From Myxococcota bacterium (lineage in GTDB: Bacteria > Myxococcota_A > UBA9160 > UBA4427): DNA of 64,000 nucleotides. A program made the translations under genes and the position numbers. Of this stretch, positions 48,184 through 58,956 are shown one piece after another. Numbering within the stretch: position 1 is the stretch's first letter; each line of letters begins with the position of its first letter. The stretch is taken from contig OZ252299.1 of NCBI GenBank assembly GCA_965250285.1, positions 4,320,001-4,384,000 of the forward strand, written 5' to 3'. Under the pieces are notes generated by a model that saw nothing but the letters and a program-made list of their open reading frames with translations, ran no database searches and was not told the origin of the DNA.

Positions 48184-49116
48184 TCAGCCGCCGGGCGGGC
48201 CCGTCGGCAGCTTCATCGCCGCCGGGATGACCTCTTCGGCCAGTCGCCGGGTCTGCTCCATCAAGTCCCGCTGCTCCGACGCCACCGGGATTGCGACGAA
48301 CTTCGTGATGCCGCCGCGCGCATACGCGGCGAAGTGCTCGATCAACGCATCGGCGGTGCCCGTGACCACCAGCTTCGACGCCGAGCGCAGCGGCACAGCG
48401 GCCGCGTCGGTCTTGCGAGCCGACTCCTCAGCCGTCTCGATGCGATAGAGCACCGTCGCGCCGTAGTGATCGTCGGGGATCGGCTTGCCCTGGGCCTCGC
48501 CTTCAGCCCGGATCTCACCGGCTGTGGTGATGGCCCCGTCGATGTCCTGCAAGCCGGCGAGCCAGCCCGTGCCGTAGCGCACGGTGCGCACGATCGCGGC
48601 GCGGCTCGAGCCGCCGATCCAGATGGGCAGCGGCTGCTGGGTCGGCCGCGGTGAGATCGTCGCTTCTTCGACCTCGATCGACTCGCCCGCGAAGCTGACC
48701 TTCTCTTCGGCCCACAGCCGGGTGATCACCTCGAGCGCCTCGTTGGCGCGCTTGCCTCGACCGGCCGGCGTGCGTCCGGTCGCTTTCCACGCGTCGAGCC
48801 CGCCGTTGCCGACACCGACGACGGGCAGCAGCCGTCCCTCGCTCAAGTGATCGATCGAAGCGCATTGCCGCGCAAACGTGACCGGGTCGCGAAACCCGAG
48901 CACCACGGCGTTCATGCCGATCTTCAGCCGACGGGTGGCGCCGGCGATGACGGCGAGCAACGACAGCGGCTCGTGAAAGGGCTCGTTCGAGATCACGCGA
49001 TCCGATTGCCAGATCGAGTCGATCGAGCTCCCCTCGCACGCATCGACCCAGGCCCGAAAGCCCGGCACGTCGTCGAAGACGAAGCGCCCCACACCGATCC
49101 CGACTCGTACGCCCAT
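48184..49116 (-). CDS. LLM class flavin-dependent oxidoreductase
   Basis: DSIWQSDR, RDPVTFARQCASIDHLSEGRL, PIWIGG, GWLA; start ATG 49116. Confidence 0.92.
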   Translation of the reverse strand: MGVRVGIGVGRFVFDDVPGFRAWVDACEGSSIDSIWQSDRVISNEPFHEPLSLLAVIAGATRRLKIGMNAVVLGFRDPVTFARQCASIDHLSEGRLLPVVGVGNGGLDAWKATGRTPAGRGKRANEALEVITRLWAEEKVSFAGESIEVEEATISPRPTQQPLPIWIGGSSRAAIVRTVRYGTGWLAGLQDIDGAITTAGEIRAEGEAQGKPIPDDHYGATVLYRIETAEESARKTDAAAVPLRSASKLVVTGTADALIEHFAAYARGGITKFVAIPVASEQRDLMEQTRRLAEEVIPAAMKLPTGPPGG

Positions 49117-49284
49117 GTCGCCTGCCTCCTGGCCGAATGCTGCCGCGCCCGCGGGCGCTTCGCTCGTTCGATGCCCGCAGGGCGAATCCGGTGCACCCGC
49201 GATGCTTTGGCTGCGATGCAGCACGCCGGATACCCTGTCGAGCCCGCCTCGGGCGCCTCTCACGCCCGCCCCAGGAGCCCCGCC

Positions 49285-50169
49285 ATGAACCTCAAAGGAA
49301 GCCCTGCCTACGTGGGCCGCCACTGCGGCTCGAACGAGTACGACGTCACGCAGGAGGTCGTCGACTTCTATGTCGATGCGCTCGGCGAGCCCAGTCAGAG
49401 CGGCCGCAAGTTCGCGCCGCCGCTGCTGCATCACAGCGAGTGCTACGAGCACCTGGGCGAGTGGTATCTCAAGAACCTCTTCGGGAACCTCCACGGCCAG
49501 CAGGATTGGTTCCTCTTCGCCCCCATCGAGATCGGCTCGAAGATCAGGACGCGCTCGACGATCATCGATCGCTTCCACAAGCGCGGGCGAGACTACGTCG
49601 TGAACGAGACCGACATCATGGACGCCCTCGACGGCCGGCTGCTCGTGCGCGGCCGCACGTTCCAGTCGTTCCTGCCGCCCAGGGACGAGACCGAGAAGAG
49701 CGACGGCTTCGTGGTCGACGCGGCGACGGCCTCGAAGAAGAAGGCCGAGCGGGCGGCGGCTCGACCGCCCTTCCCGACGGCGACGGGCCGCGATTTCGAG
49801 TCGATCCCGAAGCTCGTCGACGAACGCCGCTGCTGGATGTTCTCGGGTCCGGGTGCCAACTATCACACCGACCGCGAGCAGGCGAAGAAGCTCGGCTTTC
49901 CGACCATCGTCGTGCAGGGCATGATGACGACGTGCTTCGTGAGCGAGATCATGGAGCGCGAGTTCGGCGAAGGCTGGCTCACGGGCGGCCGCATGTCGGT
50001 CAAGCTCACGAACGTCGTCTGGGTCGACGACGCGCTCTCGGTGCATGGCCGCATCAAGCACGAAGAGCCCGAGGGCACCCAGACTCGCGTGCACTGTGAG
50101 GTCTGGGTCGACAAGCAGGACGACGATACGACGCGGGTGCTGCTCGGCGAGGCCAGCGCCGTCGTCTAG
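49285..50169 (+). CDS. Double hot-dog MaoC-family dehydratase
   Basis: GNLH, KRGRDY, NYHTDREQAKKLGF..VVQGM, VWVDD; AGGAG RBS. Confidence 0.85.
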   Translation: MNLKGSPAYVGRHCGSNEYDVTQEVVDFYVDALGEPSQSGRKFAPPLLHHSECYEHLGEWYLKNLFGNLHGQQDWFLFAPIEIGSKIRTRSTIIDRFHKRGRDYVVNETDIMDALDGRLLVRGRTFQSFLPPRDETEKSDGFVVDAATASKKKAERAAARPPFPTATGRDFESIPKLVDERRCWMFSGPGANYHTDREQAKKLGFPTIVVQGMMTTCFVSEIMEREFGEGWLTGGRMSVKLTNVVWVDDALSVHGRIKHEEPEGTQTRVHCEVWVDKQDDDTTRVLLGEASAVV

Positions 50170-50187
50170 CCCCGCGCGCCGCCGAGC

Positions 50188-50796
50188 TCACTCTTCATAG
50201 ATCTCGGTGTACACCTCCACGTGGCAGTCCGAGCCGAACCCCGCGCCGACCTCGAAGCCGTCTCGACCGATCAGATCCTCGTTGCCCAGCACGATGACAT
50301 CGATGAGCCGTGCGTTCCCACTGCCGAAGATGTACTCCCAATCGCGCTCGTCGGGCCGGTGCCGGTACTCCCGCCAGATCGAGCTCGTCCACTGCAGCGG
50401 GCCGCCATCCCACTCGTCGACCCTGAAGCTGAAGCGCAGATCGATCTCTTCAGAGGCGTCGAACGGGACCGAGACCCGCGTGCCCGAGACGTCGACGTCC
50501 TCGCCGACCGCGGCCGTGAGCGGCACAACGGCCGACCCGAGGAGCGTGAAGGTCCGGGTATCGCCGCCCTTCCCCCCGGTCCGGATGGTCACCTCTTCGA
50601 TCTCAACCGTAAGATCGAAGTCGCCCGGGCCCCCGGCGCCGGGATCACAATCGGAGTAGACGTTCATGGCGGTGATCTCGGCCGTCACATGCGGCGGGGC
50701 CATCGCAGCTTCGTCGCACGCAATGAAGAGAAGACTGCCGAGGCAGAGAACCGAGCGGAGCAGCGTTCGAATCGGGTGAGCGGGCGTCGTCAGCAT
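50188..50796 (-). CDS. Hypothetical lipoprotein
   Basis: Signal ending LFIAC; acidic, beta-rich; fills the gap between convergent genes. Confidence 0.6.
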   Translation of the reverse strand: MLTTPAHPIRTLLRSVLCLGSLLFIACDEAAMAPPHVTAEITAMNVYSDCDPGAGGPGDFDLTVEIEEVTIRTGGKGGDTRTFTLLGSAVVPLTAAVGEDVDVSGTRVSVPFDASEEIDLRFSFRVDEWDGGPLQWTSSIWREYRHRPDERDWEYIFGSGNARLIDVIVLGNEDLIGRDGFEVGAGFGSDCHVEVYTEIYEE

Positions 50797-50979
50797 GATG
50801 TCAACGTGCCACAGGGCCCCGCCCGAGGGCAGGTGCCGATCGGCAGGGTCATGGCCGCTGCACCGCCGTCGTAGGCCGAGTTGCCGGGCACGGATCGCGA
50901 CGAGTTGCGCGTCTGTTGCGGGTCAACGAGCCAGGCTCGAGATCGTGCGTCAGCCGAAACCGCCTGACCGACGCAGCGA

Positions 50980-52230
50980 TCAGGCGGCCGTCACCGCCCG
51001 GTGCGTCGCCTCGAAGCGACGCAGCGCACCAAACGTCGCCGCGGCCAGCACGATCTCGGCCGCCCCCGCGACGAGGAACGCCGCTCGGTAGCCCGCGGGC
51101 CAGCCGAAGCTCGATGCCACAGACTCGCTCACGAGGCCGCCGACGATCGGCCCGACGATGAAACCGAGGCTGCCGGCGGCGTTGAATGCACCGAGCGAAG
51201 TGGTGCGCAGTCGCTCCGGCGTCAGCTCGGTCGTCATCAGCATCGAGGGCACGAACATCACGGCGGCGAGTGTGCCGTTCACGAACATGAAGAAGGGCAA
51301 CGCGCCGGGCGACCAGAAGGTGAGGCTCCCCACCGCGAGACCGTAGAGCGCGCTCCCACCGCAGAGCAGCAGAGCCAGCGAAATGCGGCGCGAGAGCAGG
51401 CCGAGCGGGACAGACAGCAACGCGAACGGCAGCATGAAGGCGGCGATGAGCCCCCCGACGCCCGCCGGGTCGAAGCCATGGATGCGCGTCAGGTAGAGCG
51501 AGAACGTCGACGTGAAGAAGCCGACCGTGAATCGGTCGGCAAAGGCGAACGCGAGCGGCGCCGCGACGAGCGGGCGATCGCGCACCATGTCGATCATGTC
51601 CCCGAGCCCGGCGCGTTCGCGGCCTGCCACGTGCGTTTCGCGCAGGACCGCGATGGCCAGAACGGCCGTCCCGAGCAGCAGCACAGCCCCGAGACGCAGC
51701 GGGACGAGCGGGTCGTCTTCGCCGAGCACGCCCCCGATGGGCGCTCCGATCGCGACGCCGAGCAATAGACCTCCGCCGGCGAGGCCCATCGCGAGGCCGC
51801 GCTCGGGCTCGGGCCGCGCACCGTGGGCGAGCCCGAGCAGCAGCGAGAGCGCGACGATGTGCGCGCAGCCTTCGACGAAGCGGATCGACATGAAGAGCGG
51901 AAAAGAGACGTCGAGCGTCAGCGCGAAGAAGCAGAGCGCATCGAGGACGAGCGCGGCGGCGATGAAGAGTGGGCGGCGCAGATGGCGGTCGGCGAGCAGG
52001 CCCGCGAGGGGGGCCGCCACGGCCGCGCCGATCATGTTGATCGACATGAAGAGCGACGTCGCCAGCTCGGAGACGTCGAAGCGGTCCTGCACCAGCGTGC
52101 GCAGGACGGGCACCGGCAGTGTGACCGGGATCAGGATCAGCACCGCGAGTAGAGCGAGCGCGGCGAGTCGCCACGCCTCGTACCGCGCGCCGCTCGCTGC
52201 ATTCGCGTGGGGGTCGAGTGTCTCGCTCAT
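50980..52230 (-). CDS. MFS transporter
   Basis: About 12 hydrophobic segments, GLLADR, RFVEG, GPIVGG. Confidence 0.93.
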   Translation of the reverse strand: MSETLDPHANAASGARYEAWRLAALALLAVLILIPVTLPVPVLRTLVQDRFDVSELATSLFMSINMIGAAVAAPLAGLLADRHLRRPLFIAAALVLDALCFFALTLDVSFPLFMSIRFVEGCAHIVALSLLLGLAHGARPEPERGLAMGLAGGGLLLGVAIGAPIGGVLGEDDPLVPLRLGAVLLLGTAVLAIAVLRETHVAGRERAGLGDMIDMVRDRPLVAAPLAFAFADRFTVGFFTSTFSLYLTRIHGFDPAGVGGLIAAFMLPFALLSVPLGLLSRRISLALLLCGGSALYGLAVGSLTFWSPGALPFFMFVNGTLAAVMFVPSMLMTTELTPERLRTTSLGAFNAAGSLGFIVGPIVGGLVSESVASSFGWPAGYRAAFLVAGAAEIVLAAATFGALRRFEATHRAVTAA

Positions 52231-52323
52231 GGGCGGAGCGCGATTCTAGCGCTCCGACCCATCGACGACCGAGCGTCGTCGCGGATCTCGCACGGGGCGA
52301 GACCCGCGACGGGCTCCTCTGGA

Positions 52324-53397
52324 TCAGGTGGGGTCGGGCGCCGGCGTGTTCGGGCCGCTCGCCGGCAGCTCGGGGCGCGCGACGAACTCGGCGTCGACAC
52401 GGCCGGTGAGCGAGCCCAGGAACGCCTCGATCTCGGCGATCTGCTCGGCCGTCAGCTCGGCCCCGAGCTGGTGGTACCCCATCAACCGGATGGCCTCGGC
52501 GAGGGTCTCGATCTGACCGTTGTGGAAGTAGGGGCCGGTCTCGGCGACGTTGCGCAGCGACGGCACCTTGAACATCTGCCGATCGCTCTCCTTGCCGGTG
52601 ACCTCTTCGAGGCCCTTGTCGGGATCGTCGTACGGATGGACGACGCCCAGCTTCTGGAAGCTGCCCGCACCGAAGAGCGCCCCGGTGTGACAGGCCGTGC
52701 ACCCCGTATCCATGAAGCGCTTCAACCCGGCGAGCTGCTGCTCGTTCAGCGCGTCGTCGTCACCGCTCAGGAAGTCGTCGAAGGGCGACGGCGTCAGCAG
52801 TTGACGCTCGAACGCGCCGATCGCCCGCCCCATGTTCTGATACGTGATCGGCTGCTCGTCGGCCGGGAAAGCCGCGGCGAAGAGCGGCGCATAGCCGGGG
52901 ATCGACTGCAGCACGGCCTCGACGGCTTCGGCGTTGGGCATCGCCATCTCGATCGGGTTGAGCGGCGGACCGAGCGCCTGCGCTTCGACGTCGGGCTCGC
53001 GCCCATCCCAGAACTGCGACACGTGAAGCGCCGCGTTGAGGCTGGTCGGCGCATTGCGACCGCCCTTCTGGCCTCGGTGCCCGGTCGACGTCGCCAAACC
53101 GTCGACGCCGAATCGGTCGAGCAGGTGGCAGGTGTTGCACGAGATGTCCTGGTTCTTCGACAGGCGCTCGTCGTAGTAGAGGATACGCCCCAGGTCGACC
53201 TTCTCGTCGGTCACCGTGTTCTCGGGGTTCGGCGCGTCGCTCGGCAGCACACTGAACACGAGCGTGGCCCGCTCGCGCAGATCGTCGGCGTCGGGCGCGG
53301 CCAACGCACCGGCGAACGGCGCGAGCGCGACGATCAGCAAGGCTGTGACGGCGCCCCATATTCGGCGCGGTTGCCGCGCGACTCGATTGATAGCCAC
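52324..53397 (-). CDS. Di-heme cytochrome c peroxidase (CcpA/MauG family)
   Basis: CNTCH and CTACH, RNAPT, QFWDGR, FKVPSLRNV..TGPYFH; GTG 53397 after GGAGG; signal peptide. Confidence 0.95.
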   Translation of the reverse strand: MAINRVARQPRRIWGAVTALLIVALAPFAGALAAPDADDLRERATLVFSVLPSDAPNPENTVTDEKVDLGRILYYDERLSKNQDISCNTCHLLDRFGVDGLATSTGHRGQKGGRNAPTSLNAALHVSQFWDGREPDVEAQALGPPLNPIEMAMPNAEAVEAVLQSIPGYAPLFAAAFPADEQPITYQNMGRAIGAFERQLLTPSPFDDFLSGDDDALNEQQLAGLKRFMDTGCTACHTGALFGAGSFQKLGVVHPYDDPDKGLEEVTGKESDRQMFKVPSLRNVAETGPYFHNGQIETLAEAIRLMGYHQLGAELTAEQIAEIEAFLGSLTGRVDAEFVARPELPASGPNTPAPDPT

Positions 53398-53465
53398 GAT
53401 GTTGTTCCTCCCCTGGCGAGCGCTCCGCGACCGGGTGCGGTCGGCTCTTCTTGGATGCCGTTCGA

Positions 53466-53933
53466 TCACGACGGCGTCACCTCGTCTCGGGCCGTCGTGA
53501 GCGACTCGGCCCTCTCCTGGATCGCCGCCGACATCTCGGTGAAACCTCGACGGAGCTGTCCACCCAGAAGGCCCTGGACGATGGACGAGACGGGCCCGGC
53601 GATCTCGAATCTCGACATGTAGCGGCAGCGCTCGGCGTCGATCGGTTCGATCTCGTGACAGCGCTCGCTCCTGAGTGCGCGCCCCGGCGTCTTCGACATC
53701 GCGTAGCAGAAGCCTCGGCCGGGCTCGATCGAGGTGATCCACTCGCGCTGTCGCTGGGTCATGAAGGGCAGAACGCGCACTTGCATGTCCATGGCAGCGC
53801 CGACCTCGAGCGAGCAGCTCGCGGCCACGACGAACGGGTTCCAGTCGCCGTAGGCCTCGAAGTCGGTCAGAACCTTCCAGACCACCTCGGCGGGCGCGTC
53901 GATTTCATGGGTGTGGTCGATTCGGAGCGGCAC
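53466..53933 (-). CDS. SRPBCC/START domain protein
   Basis: EIDAPAEVVWKVLTDFEAYGDWNPF. Confidence 0.88.
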   Translation of the reverse strand: MPLRIDHTHEIDAPAEVVWKVLTDFEAYGDWNPFVVAASCSLEVGAAMDMQVRVLPFMTQRQREWITSIEPGRGFCYAMSKTPGRALRSERCHEIEPIDAERCRYMSRFEIAGPVSSIVQGLLGGQLRRGFTEMSAAIQERAESLTTARDEVTPS

Positions 53934-54003
53934 CGCCCATGTCTACACCAGCCGCGGCGGGCTCGAAAGCGGCCCGAATCTGGACACGCGCGCGCCGCTT
54001 CGA

Positions 54004-55233
54004 TCAGCCTGCCGTGCCCCGCTCGAGGCGGACGAGCGCCGTCGTGAAGACGAGGGAGAGGCCGAGCACGAGGCCGCCCATCGCGTACAGCGTGGTGCGT
54101 TCACCCACCGCGTCGGCGAGCACACCGTAGGGCAACGCCATGAGCCCAAAGCCGGCGAAGGCGAGCAGCGTGAGAGACATCACGCGCCCGATGTAGACGG
54201 GCTCGACCCGCTTCGCGATCACCGCGGAGTTGAGCGCCTGGAACCCCCCGCTCGCGACGCCCGCACCGAACATGGCGACCGACGCGACGGTCCAGTTTGG
54301 TGCCGCGGCGAGGAGCACCAGAGAAGCGCCGAAGCCGAACGAGAACGTCGAGTACACCAGCAGGGCATGCTTCGAGTCGGCCAGCCGCGCGACGCCCAGA
54401 CTGGCCGCCAGCGCGCCGACGGCCGACCAGACGAAGAGCCCGCTGACCTGCTCGGGCGGTAGATCGAGCTGATTCGCGAGCAGCCCCGGCAGCACCGTCA
54501 CGTGGGGAAAGCCCGCGAGGATGACCGTCACGAAATAGAGAAGCAGCAAGCGCACCTCTTTGTGCGCCCATACGTAGGCGAGACCCTCGCGCAGATCCGC
54601 GAGCACGTGCTTCTCGGTGGCGCCTTCGCGCACGGGCGAGTGCGGCAGCCAACCGACGCTCAGCGCCGAAACCGCATAGAGCGAACCCATCACCGCAAAA
54701 GCACCGGCTGCGCCGAACGCCGCGAACGAGAGGCAGAGCCCGGCGGCCGCCGGGCCGAAGACCCGCGACGCCGTGTTCGCGACGTTGGTCAGGGCCATGG
54801 CGTTGCCCCGCAGCGCATCGGGGACGTACTCGATCGCCAGCGCCTGCCGCGCCGGTCCGAGAAAGGCGAAGCTCGCGCCCATCACGAACGCCCCGCCGGC
54901 GAGCCACGCCAGATGAATGCGCTCGGCAGCGACCAGCGCGGCGAGCATGACGAAGACCGCGGCGGCGACGAGCTGCCCCGTCGCGATCACACGGCGCTTG
55001 GGCAGACGATCGGCGTAGGCGCCGCCGATCGGACCGAGCAGCGCCATCGTCACGCCCTGCGCAAAGACGACGCTGCCTACGGCGTCGTTGCGGCCGGTCA
55101 GATCGAAGGCCACAACGCTCTGAACGACCGTCGACATGAAGAAGGCGAGAAAGGAGAGGAGCGTCCCGACCCATAGCAGCCGGAACGACGGGAGTGCGAG
55201 CGCCGCGAAGGTCTCGGTGAAGATCGATCGCAT
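54004..55233 (-). CDS. MFS transporter
   Basis: FRLLW, GGAYADRLPKR, GRVMS, GVLAD. Confidence 0.93.
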   Translation of the reverse strand: MRSIFTETFAALALPSFRLLWVGTLLSFLAFFMSTVVQSVVAFDLTGRNDAVGSVVFAQGVTMALLGPIGGAYADRLPKRRVIATGQLVAAAVFVMLAALVAAERIHLAWLAGGAFVMGASFAFLGPARQALAIEYVPDALRGNAMALTNVANTASRVFGPAAAGLCLSFAAFGAAGAFAVMGSLYAVSALSVGWLPHSPVREGATEKHVLADLREGLAYVWAHKEVRLLLLYFVTVILAGFPHVTVLPGLLANQLDLPPEQVSGLFVWSAVGALAASLGVARLADSKHALLVYSTFSFGFGASLVLLAAAPNWTVASVAMFGAGVASGGFQALNSAVIAKRVEPVYIGRVMSLTLLAFAGFGLMALPYGVLADAVGERTTLYAMGGLVLGLSLVFTTALVRLERGTAG

Positions 55234-55263
55234 CGTGGGCGCCGGCCTCCGAGGCGGTGAGAT

Positions 55264-55680
55264 CTAGCCGAGCGCCTTCACGCGATCTTCGATCCATCCA
55301 CCCATCAGCGCGTACATGCCTTCGATCGCCGTCTTCAGCTCTTCGGGCGTCGTCCCCTCTATGGGCGTTGCCTCGCAGCTCCAGCTGAGCGTCGTCCGGC
55401 CGGCCGAGTCGTCGACGACCATCGTCGCCTCGTACCCCGTGGCCGGAAACGGCGCGCCCTCGTCATGGATCTTGTAGACGAGCGTCCGCGCGGGCGCGTC
55501 GAGCCGAACCAGCTGCTCGCGGATCACGCCCCCCACGACGCGGGTCATGCCGACGCCCTCACCCTCGAGTTCGACGCTCGTGCCGGCGGGCATCCAGCTG
55601 CAGTCGCCGAAGTTCTCGATCAGTGCCCACAGCGCATCGGCGGGGACGTCCATGTTGCGGGTGGTCGCGGCGGCGGGCAT
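55264..55680 (-). CDS. SRPBCC family protein
   Basis: PADALWALIENF..WMP, GVGMTR, IREQL; start ATG 55680. Confidence 0.88.
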   Translation of the reverse strand: MPAAATTRNMDVPADALWALIENFGDCSWMPAGTSVELEGEGVGMTRVVGGVIREQLVRLDAPARTLVYKIHDEGAPFPATGYEATMVVDDSAGRTTLSWSCEATPIEGTTPEELKTAIEGMYALMGGWIEDRVKALG

Positions 55681-55843
55681 CGGGTGTCTCGCTTTCTCTT
55701 CGTCTAGCCTGTTGCGGGTCGGGATCGGCGCGCGCTTCGGCGCCTCGACGCGCGCGCCCCTCGACGTTGGCCCATTCGCGCCAGTGCGTCCAATCGCAGG
55801 CGCACCGCCCACGCGAACGTCATCGGAGCGGAGGAGAACCGTC

Positions 55844-57178
55844 ATGCCGAGAGCCTGCGTCGTCGGTGCGGGGCCCTCCGGTCTCGTCGCGACGAAGACA
55901 CTCCTCGCTGCCGGCGTCGATGCCGACTGCCTCGAGATGTCGACCGTGATCGGGGGGCAGTGGGCTTACGACAACCCCAATGGTCGCTCGGCGATCTACC
56001 GCTCGATCCATACGAACACGACACTGGCGATGAGTCGGTTGAGCGACTTCGAGATGCCCGCGGATTGGCCCCCCTTTCCGACCCACGAGCAGGTGCTGGG
56101 CTGGTTCGAGTCGTACATCGACGCGTTCGACTTTCGAGACCGCATTCAGCTGGGCGTCGAGGTCGTCGCCGCCGAGGCGCTCGAACCCACCGGCTGGCGC
56201 ATCACGGTGCGCGACAGGGCGAGCGGCGACGTCAGCGAAGAGCGGTACGACGCGCTGCTGGCCTGCACCGGCAACTACTGGGCACCGAAGCGGCCCGAGG
56301 TGCCGGGCGTCTTCGCGGGCGAGGCGTTCCACTCGCAGGCATATCGCGACCCCGAGACGCCGGCGTCACTCGCCGGTCGCCGCGTCGTCGTAGCCGGCAC
56401 GGGCAACACGGGCTGCGAGATCGCGTGCGAAGCCGCCGAGGCCGGCGCAGAGGCCGTCTTTCTGTCGGCGCGCGGCGGCACGTGGATCCTGCCGAAGTTC
56501 GCAGAGGGCCGGCCCGCGGCCGAGGGTGCGCCGATGATGCACCCCTGCGATGACGTGCCGGGCGCGTTCGCACGGTTGCCGCGCAGCGTGCGCGAGGCGG
56601 CGTTCGCAAAGCTCAGCGGCGTGATGATGCGCAAGCGCTTCGGTGAACGCATGCGACGCTTCGAAGCGCTGGGGCTGCCGCCGCCGCCCGCCGACGTGGG
56701 CGCAAAGCGCGCGACGGTGTGCGAGCCGCTCCTCGATGCGCTCGAGCGCGGCGTCGTGCAGGCGCGACCGACGATCTCGCGCTTCGACGGCGAACGGGTC
56801 GCGTTCGAGGGGGGCGGGGTCGAAGCGGCGGACGTCGTGATCTTCGCGACGGGGTTCCACCTGCAGTACCCGTACCTGCCGACCCAGCTGGTCGACACCC
56901 ACGACGACGACCTCGACCTCTTCATGGGCACCATGCACCCCCGACGCCACGACCTCTTCGTGCTCGGCGTCGGTCGACCGACAGGATCGTTCTGGCCCAT
57001 CGCCGAGATGCATGCGCTGCTCGCGTCCGCCCTGCTGAGTGGCCGATACCGGCTGCCCGGCCAGCGCGCGATCGATCGCGACACGAAGCCGATCCTCGGT
57101 GGGCGCTCGTTCAATCCGGCGCTCTTCGGTCTCGCGATCCGCGAGGAGATCGCGCGCGGCGAGAAGCGGGCTCGCTGA
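55844..57178 (+). CDS. Flavin-containing monooxygenase (class B)
   Basis: GAGPSG, GGQW, FAGEAFHSQAY (FxGxxxHxxxY), GTGNTG, FATGF. Confidence 0.95.
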   Translation: MPRACVVGAGPSGLVATKTLLAAGVDADCLEMSTVIGGQWAYDNPNGRSAIYRSIHTNTTLAMSRLSDFEMPADWPPFPTHEQVLGWFESYIDAFDFRDRIQLGVEVVAAEALEPTGWRITVRDRASGDVSEERYDALLACTGNYWAPKRPEVPGVFAGEAFHSQAYRDPETPASLAGRRVVVAGTGNTGCEIACEAAEAGAEAVFLSARGGTWILPKFAEGRPAAEGAPMMHPCDDVPGAFARLPRSVREAAFAKLSGVMMRKRFGERMRRFEALGLPPPPADVGAKRATVCEPLLDALERGVVQARPTISRFDGERVAFEGGGVEAADVVIFATGFHLQYPYLPTQLVDTHDDDLDLFMGTMHPRRHDLFVLGVGRPTGSFWPIAEMHALLASALLSGRYRLPGQRAIDRDTKPILGGRSFNPALFGLAIREEIARGEKRAR

Positions 57179-57363
57179 TACACGAGGCCTCGAACGGCCG
57201 TCGCAAAAAACCCACACATCAGTCCATCCCCCGATCCCCGTCCGAGTTTCATCAAGCCGTTCGCCGAACGGCCGATGAGAGGGGCTCACTCGAACCGCGC
57301 TCCCAGCCGGCGGTCGCGATCGGATCGCGTCCCCGCCCGAGCGACTCCAGATGGATGGATGAA

Positions 57364-58779
57364 ATGAAGATCGCACGCGCCATTGCGGTACTCGGCACGA
57401 TGCTCCTGCTCGTTGCCTGCAGTGACGACTCGAATCCCGAGGTCACGGGTGTCTTCGTCGACGCCGAGGTCGCGGGCCTCGGCTACGAGTGCGGGGACGA
57501 CACGACCCGACGCTTCACCAACGCAGCGGGCGAGTTCACCTGCCCCGCCGGCAGTGAGGTGCGCTTCTACATCGGCGAGATTCTGCTCGGCAGCGTCACC
57601 GCCACCCTCGACCTCGAGGTCGTCACGCCCTCGATGCTCACCGGCGCCGATGTCGACGACCTGGCGGCCGTCGGCTACGGCGGCTCGATGCCGAGCCCCG
57701 AGCTCTTCTCGAGCGTCAACATGGCGGCGCTGCTGCAGAGCTTCGACGAGGACGGCGATCCCGACAACGGCATCGTGATCACCGACGAGATCCACGACGC
57801 GTTCCCCGTGCCGGGTGAGTGGGACTACGACGAAGAAGAGTCGCCCGTCGTCGAAGAGCTCTTCGACGCCCTCGAAGAGCTCGAGATCGAGCCCGTCGAC
57901 GAAGAAGAAGCCTTCGAGCACCTGCTCGAGCAGACCGAGAAGCTGCTCTACGGCATGTACGAGGGCACGGTCGTCGACGAAGAAGAGACGATCGAGATCG
58001 ACCTCTTCCTCTTCTACAACGCGGGCGGCGGCAACGCCGATCCGGGCATGCAGGCCCGCCTGCTCCTCTCGAACCTCGATGAGTCGGAGCCCGTCCAGAT
58101 CGAGCTGGGTGTGCCCTACGTCTCGATGGACGACGTCTACCTGGCGATGGACCTCTCGCTGAACGGCATCGTCGTGCGCGTGTACGACGCGGTCGCCATG
58201 GCGGAGGCCGAGTTCGAGCCCCCCGTCACCGAGGACGGCCAAGCCGACCTCGCGGCGGCGAGCCCGTACCTGATGCACACCGTCAACCTGGTGAAGACGG
58301 TCGACACGCCCGACGTGACGATCCTCGACATCGGGACGTTCCTCGCGCAGCTGCCCGAGGGCAGCGAGGTGCCCGAGGATCTCGACGAGATCAGCGGCCC
58401 GCGCGTCGGTATCTTCGCCGCCATCCCCGAAGAAGAGTCGCCGGCACCCATCGCCGGCTTCTCGCAGGGCGGTGAGCTCTGGATCTACGGTCAGGCGCAG
58501 AAGACCGGCTTCGGCGGTGGTTTCCTCGACCTCTACGTCGATGGGGGTCATCTCGTCGTCGAGAGCCTGAGCGAGTCGACGCTCGTCTACGTCGGCCGCG
58601 CGTTCATGACGCGGTACGAGATCATCGAAGAGCAGTGGGTCGATACGACGCTCTGGGGCGACGCGCGCATTCAGATCAACGTCGACGGCAGCGTCCAGTT
58701 CGACGTCACGGCCGACGACGGCGTCTCGTTCAGCGAGTCGCTCGAAGTCATGGAGGCCGGAGTGGGCCAGCCCTTCTAG
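57364..58779 (+). CDS. Highly acidic lipoprotein
   Basis: MKIARAIAVLGTMLLLVAC lipobox; GVFVDAEVAGLGY..TNAAGEF..FYIG..LG; LQSFDEDGDPDNGI. Confidence 0.85.
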   Translation: MKIARAIAVLGTMLLLVACSDDSNPEVTGVFVDAEVAGLGYECGDDTTRRFTNAAGEFTCPAGSEVRFYIGEILLGSVTATLDLEVVTPSMLTGADVDDLAAVGYGGSMPSPELFSSVNMAALLQSFDEDGDPDNGIVITDEIHDAFPVPGEWDYDEEESPVVEELFDALEELEIEPVDEEEAFEHLLEQTEKLLYGMYEGTVVDEEETIEIDLFLFYNAGGGNADPGMQARLLLSNLDESEPVQIELGVPYVSMDDVYLAMDLSLNGIVVRVYDAVAMAEAEFEPPVTEDGQADLAAASPYLMHTVNLVKTVDTPDVTILDIGTFLAQLPEGSEVPEDLDEISGPRVGIFAAIPEEESPAPIAGFSQGGELWIYGQAQKTGFGGGFLDLYVDGGHLVVESLSESTLVYVGRAFMTRYEIIEEQWVDTTLWGDARIQINVDGSVQFDVTADDGVSFSESLEVMEAGVGQPF

Positions 58780-58805
58780 CCCGCACGATCGAGCCGAAAC
58801 ACCCG

Positions 58806-58843
58806 GGGCGGGGCCGCGCGAGCGGTCCCGCCCTTCTTCGTTT
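58806..58843 (+). terminator. Intrinsic terminator
   Basis: GGGCGGGGCCGC-GCGA-GCGGTCCCGCCC followed by TTCTTCGTTT. Confidence 0.75.
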
Positions 58844-58956
58844 CGGGCCGCGCACGGGAGCGTTGGGGCGCGGGAACGCGCGGCCCACGTCGAGCGAAGG
58901 CCTGGCTGCTACCCTCCGAGGGCGGCGCCGACGTGCGCCCGCGCCTGGAGACGACG

